From: an uncultured Bacteroidia bacterium
Lineage (GTDB): Bacteria > Bacteroidota > Bacteroidia > Bacteroidales > F082
Assembly (NCBI GenBank): GCA_902769815.1
Contig: CACXQO010000002.1
Span: forward strand, 1 to 61,980
Direction of reading: 5' to 3'
Length of the DNA stretch: 61,980 nucleotides
The notes under the pieces are model-generated. The model saw only the letters and a program-made list of their open reading frames with translations, had not been told where the DNA came from and made no database searches. The translations under genes and the position numbers were made by a program. Each line of letters begins with the position of its first letter. Position 1 is the stretch's first letter. Shown in pieces: positions 60,327 through 61,980 of the stretch.

Positions 60327-61475
60327 ATGATAGAATTATTTCAGCGAAATAAGATTTACGATTCCGCTATGGGCGAATGGAGAAACTATAGGTACTATTT
60401 GGCTAATGAATTGCAGTATTTCAGGGCTGATTTTAACGGTTATTTGTATGCCAACTATAATGACACCGACTTGCATTTCACCGGTGATTTGTTCGCTCAA
60501 CCTTCAATGGAATACCAACTTTCTGCTGAATCCACATCCCTTGCCGGGGATGAGTAACCGGATCAAAATGGTGTACACCTGGTGGGTAATCCTTATCCTT
60601 CCAATGCCAGAATAGATTTTTCAACAGAAGACATCATTAAGAATGGTTTATATATGATGAATCCGGTAGATGCCGCAAGAAACGATGTGGTGTGCTACGA
60701 CACGTATGAATACGAACAAGAGGAAGACGTCGCCATCGTCATTGCTCCGGCGACTGCTGTGTTTTTTAAAGCCGAAGAGAGAGATGAAGCCTTTTTTACC
60801 ACCGTCACTTTTACTCCTTACGATGGAGACTTAACACCGAATGATGATTATATCAGAGGCGGGGAAAGGAATCTGAATAGGATTGTCATTGAATTATGTG
60901 AAGATGGCGTGATGAGAGACAGGGCGTATGTGAGGCCTGACGAAGGCAAGAATTGCACCAAGTTCAGCATCAACAAAAACACCCCCAAGATCTTCATTCC
61001 CAAGAACAACAAGGATTATGCTATTGCCAGTACTGAGGGCGCCAAGGTGATGCCCCTGTGCTTCACCACCAAAGAAAGCGGCATCTACACGCTGAACTTC
61101 AACACGAAGAAGATGAACTACAGCTACCTGCACCTCATCGACAACGCGACGGGCATGGACATCGACATGCTTCAGACCCCGAGCTACACCTTCGACTCGA
61201 AGGACTGCGGCTATGCCACCCGCTTCAAGCTCGTGTTCGTTGAAGATGCCACCAATGAAATCGCCGAGAGCTTCGCTTACGTCAGCAACGGCCAGCTTAT
61301 GATCAACAACAACGGCAATGCCACCCTGCAAGTGATGGACATCACCGGCCGCATCCTGAGCACCGACGACATCCAAAACAGCTACAGCAAGAGCCTCAAC
61401 CTGAGCGCTGGTGTGTATGTGGTTCGCCTCAGCAACGGCAACGACGTGAAAACCCAAAAGATTGTGGTTGAATAA
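60327..61475 (+). pseudogene. 3' part of the interrupted T9SS-sorted surface-protein gene. It also carries an in-frame TAA.
   Basis: ...MGEWRNYRYY...FNGYLYANYNDTDLHFTG...LAGDE-TAA(60555-60557)-PDQNGVHLVGNPYPSNARIDF, all in one frame (60327 and 60582 share a phase). C-terminal T9SS domain NGNATLQVMDITGRIL...GVYVVRLSNGNDVKTQKIVVE. Confidence 0.7.
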
Positions 61476-61520
61476 ATCGAGTAAGTAATTGAATTATTAA
61501 CGAATTAAAACACACAAAAT

Positions 61521-61814
61521 ATGAAAAAACTTGTTTTGACAGCAGCAATTCTGACGGGTTTCGCAATGAGTACCTACGCTCATAATAGCTATTCCGAAAG
61601 TAATCCAACCACAGGTGGTGGTCTTTTCAATCGTGGAAACGTCTCTGAAAACTATATGAGGGGAGATGACATAGGGCTTTGGTTTCCCACCCACAATACC
61701 CCCGGTAACTGGGATGCCGAAGATGAACCCGAGGTTCCTCTCGGCGAAGGCGCGCTATTGCTCATCGGCTTTGGCGCGGCTTACGCCATGACGAGGAGAA
61801 AGAAGGAGGACTAA
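61521..61814 (+). CDS. Small secreted protein with a C-terminal tripartite sorting-signal-like tail
   Basis: Signal peptide MKKLVLTAAILTGFAMSTYA. C-terminal PLGEG-ALLLIGFGAAYAM-TRRKKED. Confidence 0.6.
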   Translation: MKKLVLTAAILTGFAMSTYAHNSYSESNPTTGGGLFNRGNVSENYMRGDDIGLWFPTHNTPGNWDAEDEPEVPLGEGALLLIGFGAAYAMTRRKKED

Positions 61815-61840
61815 ACCATTAAACGCTCAAAACCTAAGAA

Positions 61841-61873
61841 AGCTGTACCGCAACTTGCGGTGCAGCTTTTTTT
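61841..61873 (+). terminator. Rho-independent terminator
   Basis: agctgtaccgc-aactt-gcggtgcagct followed by TTTTTTT. Confidence 0.7.
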
Positions 61874-61905
61874 GATGTACGCTTCTTGGTGTGGATATTT
61901 TTCCG

Positions 61906-61913
61906 TACCTTTG
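61906..61913 (+). promoter_or_regulatory. Bacteroidota -7 promoter box TACCTTTG
   Basis: Located 19 nt upstream of the ATG at 61932. Confidence 0.5.
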
Positions 61914-61931
61914 CAAAAATTTTAAGACAAG

Positions 61932-61980
61932 ATGGACAAAATCGGATTAACCTACAATACTGAGAAAGAGCAGATTGTGA
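61932..61980 (+). CDS. 5' end of an unidentified gene running off the window
   Basis: ATG preceded by the -7 box. MDKIGLTYNTEKEQIV... stays open to the window edge. Confidence 0.4.
   Translation, partial: MDKIGLTYNTEKEQIV

Larger units (their letters stand above)
14603..60374. mobile_element. Integrated element of about 45.8 kb (integrative, possibly mobilizable) carrying a T6SS locus. Boundaries are approximate.
   Basis: Integrase, excisionase-like HTH and primase-helicase at the right end, MobC at the left end. A target gene is split across the element. ATGGGC lies at 14597-14602 and 60369-60374 in the same frame. TGCCCGAA motifs occur at both ends. Confidence 0.65.

Noticed and set aside
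60894-61457. 187-aa minus-strand ORF opposite the T9SS C-terminal region
   Set aside because: It is a shadow ORF of a GC-rich coding segment. The plus strand encodes a recognisable T9SS sorting domain.
1-61980. CRISPR arrays, rRNA genes, tRNA genes, IS transposases, and reverse transcriptase/DGR or retron modules
   Set aside because: There are no regularly spaced direct repeats with unique spacers, no rRNA-like conserved stretches and no transposase or RT motifs in any listed ORF. The only repeats found are those reported above. tRNA detection by eye is unreliable, so a tRNAscan run would be needed to be certain.

Overview
The window looks like a Bacteroidota (probably Bacteroidales/Prevotella-like) chromosome segment. 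Supporting signs are TAnnTTTG -7 promoter boxes ahead of start codons, T9SS C-terminal sorting domains and UpxY-type NusG paralogues. All calls come from reading the ORF translations and the DNA by eye; no searches were run.

Positions 1-14.6 kb and 60.4-62 kb carry ordinary chromosomal genes: a surface repeat protein, a porin-like OMP, a cation/H+ antiporter, an AAA ATPase, prolyl oligopeptidase, a UvrD/PcrA-type helicase and small membrane proteins.

Between them sits an integrated element of about 45.8 kb. It encodes a tyrosine integrase, an excisionase-like HTH protein, a Toprim/P-loop primase-helicase and an orphan MobC. It has no tra genes and no relaxase. The element splits a T9SS-sorted surface-protein gene, and removing it at a 6-bp ATGGGC repeat restores the reading frame.

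The cargo is a type VI secretion locus of about 37 kb, entirely on the minus strand, of the Bacteroidota (T6SS-iii) style. It encodes ClpV, TssB, TssC, four Hcp/TssD paralogues, VgrG, a DUF4280 PAAR-like toxin with a candidate immunity gene, a Tle1/DUF2235-like lipase, and TssG?/TssK/TssE/TssF.

Unusual features of the locus:
1. A complete ubiquitin-like conjugation set is translationally coupled between the effector genes and the baseplate genes. It comprises a YukD-like Ubl ending in Gly, a UBC-type E2 with HPN...Cys, a membrane-anchored JAB/JAMM peptidase, a polytopic membrane protein with a RING-H2-like finger plus a C-terminal FHA-like domain, and a ThiF/E1 enzyme.
2. A second sheath module consists of a single TssB-TssC fusion polypeptide with its own two Hcp paralogues.
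3. A UpxY/NusG-like antiterminator lies mid-locus. A decayed second copy at the head of the locus carries a 22-nt poly(G/C) tract.
4. A Hanks-type kinase has HRD replaced by HQN.
5. tssF carries an 81-bp in-frame tandem duplication.
6. A T9SS-sorted protein and a coiled-coil OMP are embedded between vgrG and the PAAR gene.

No CRISPR array, rRNA or convincing tRNA was seen.
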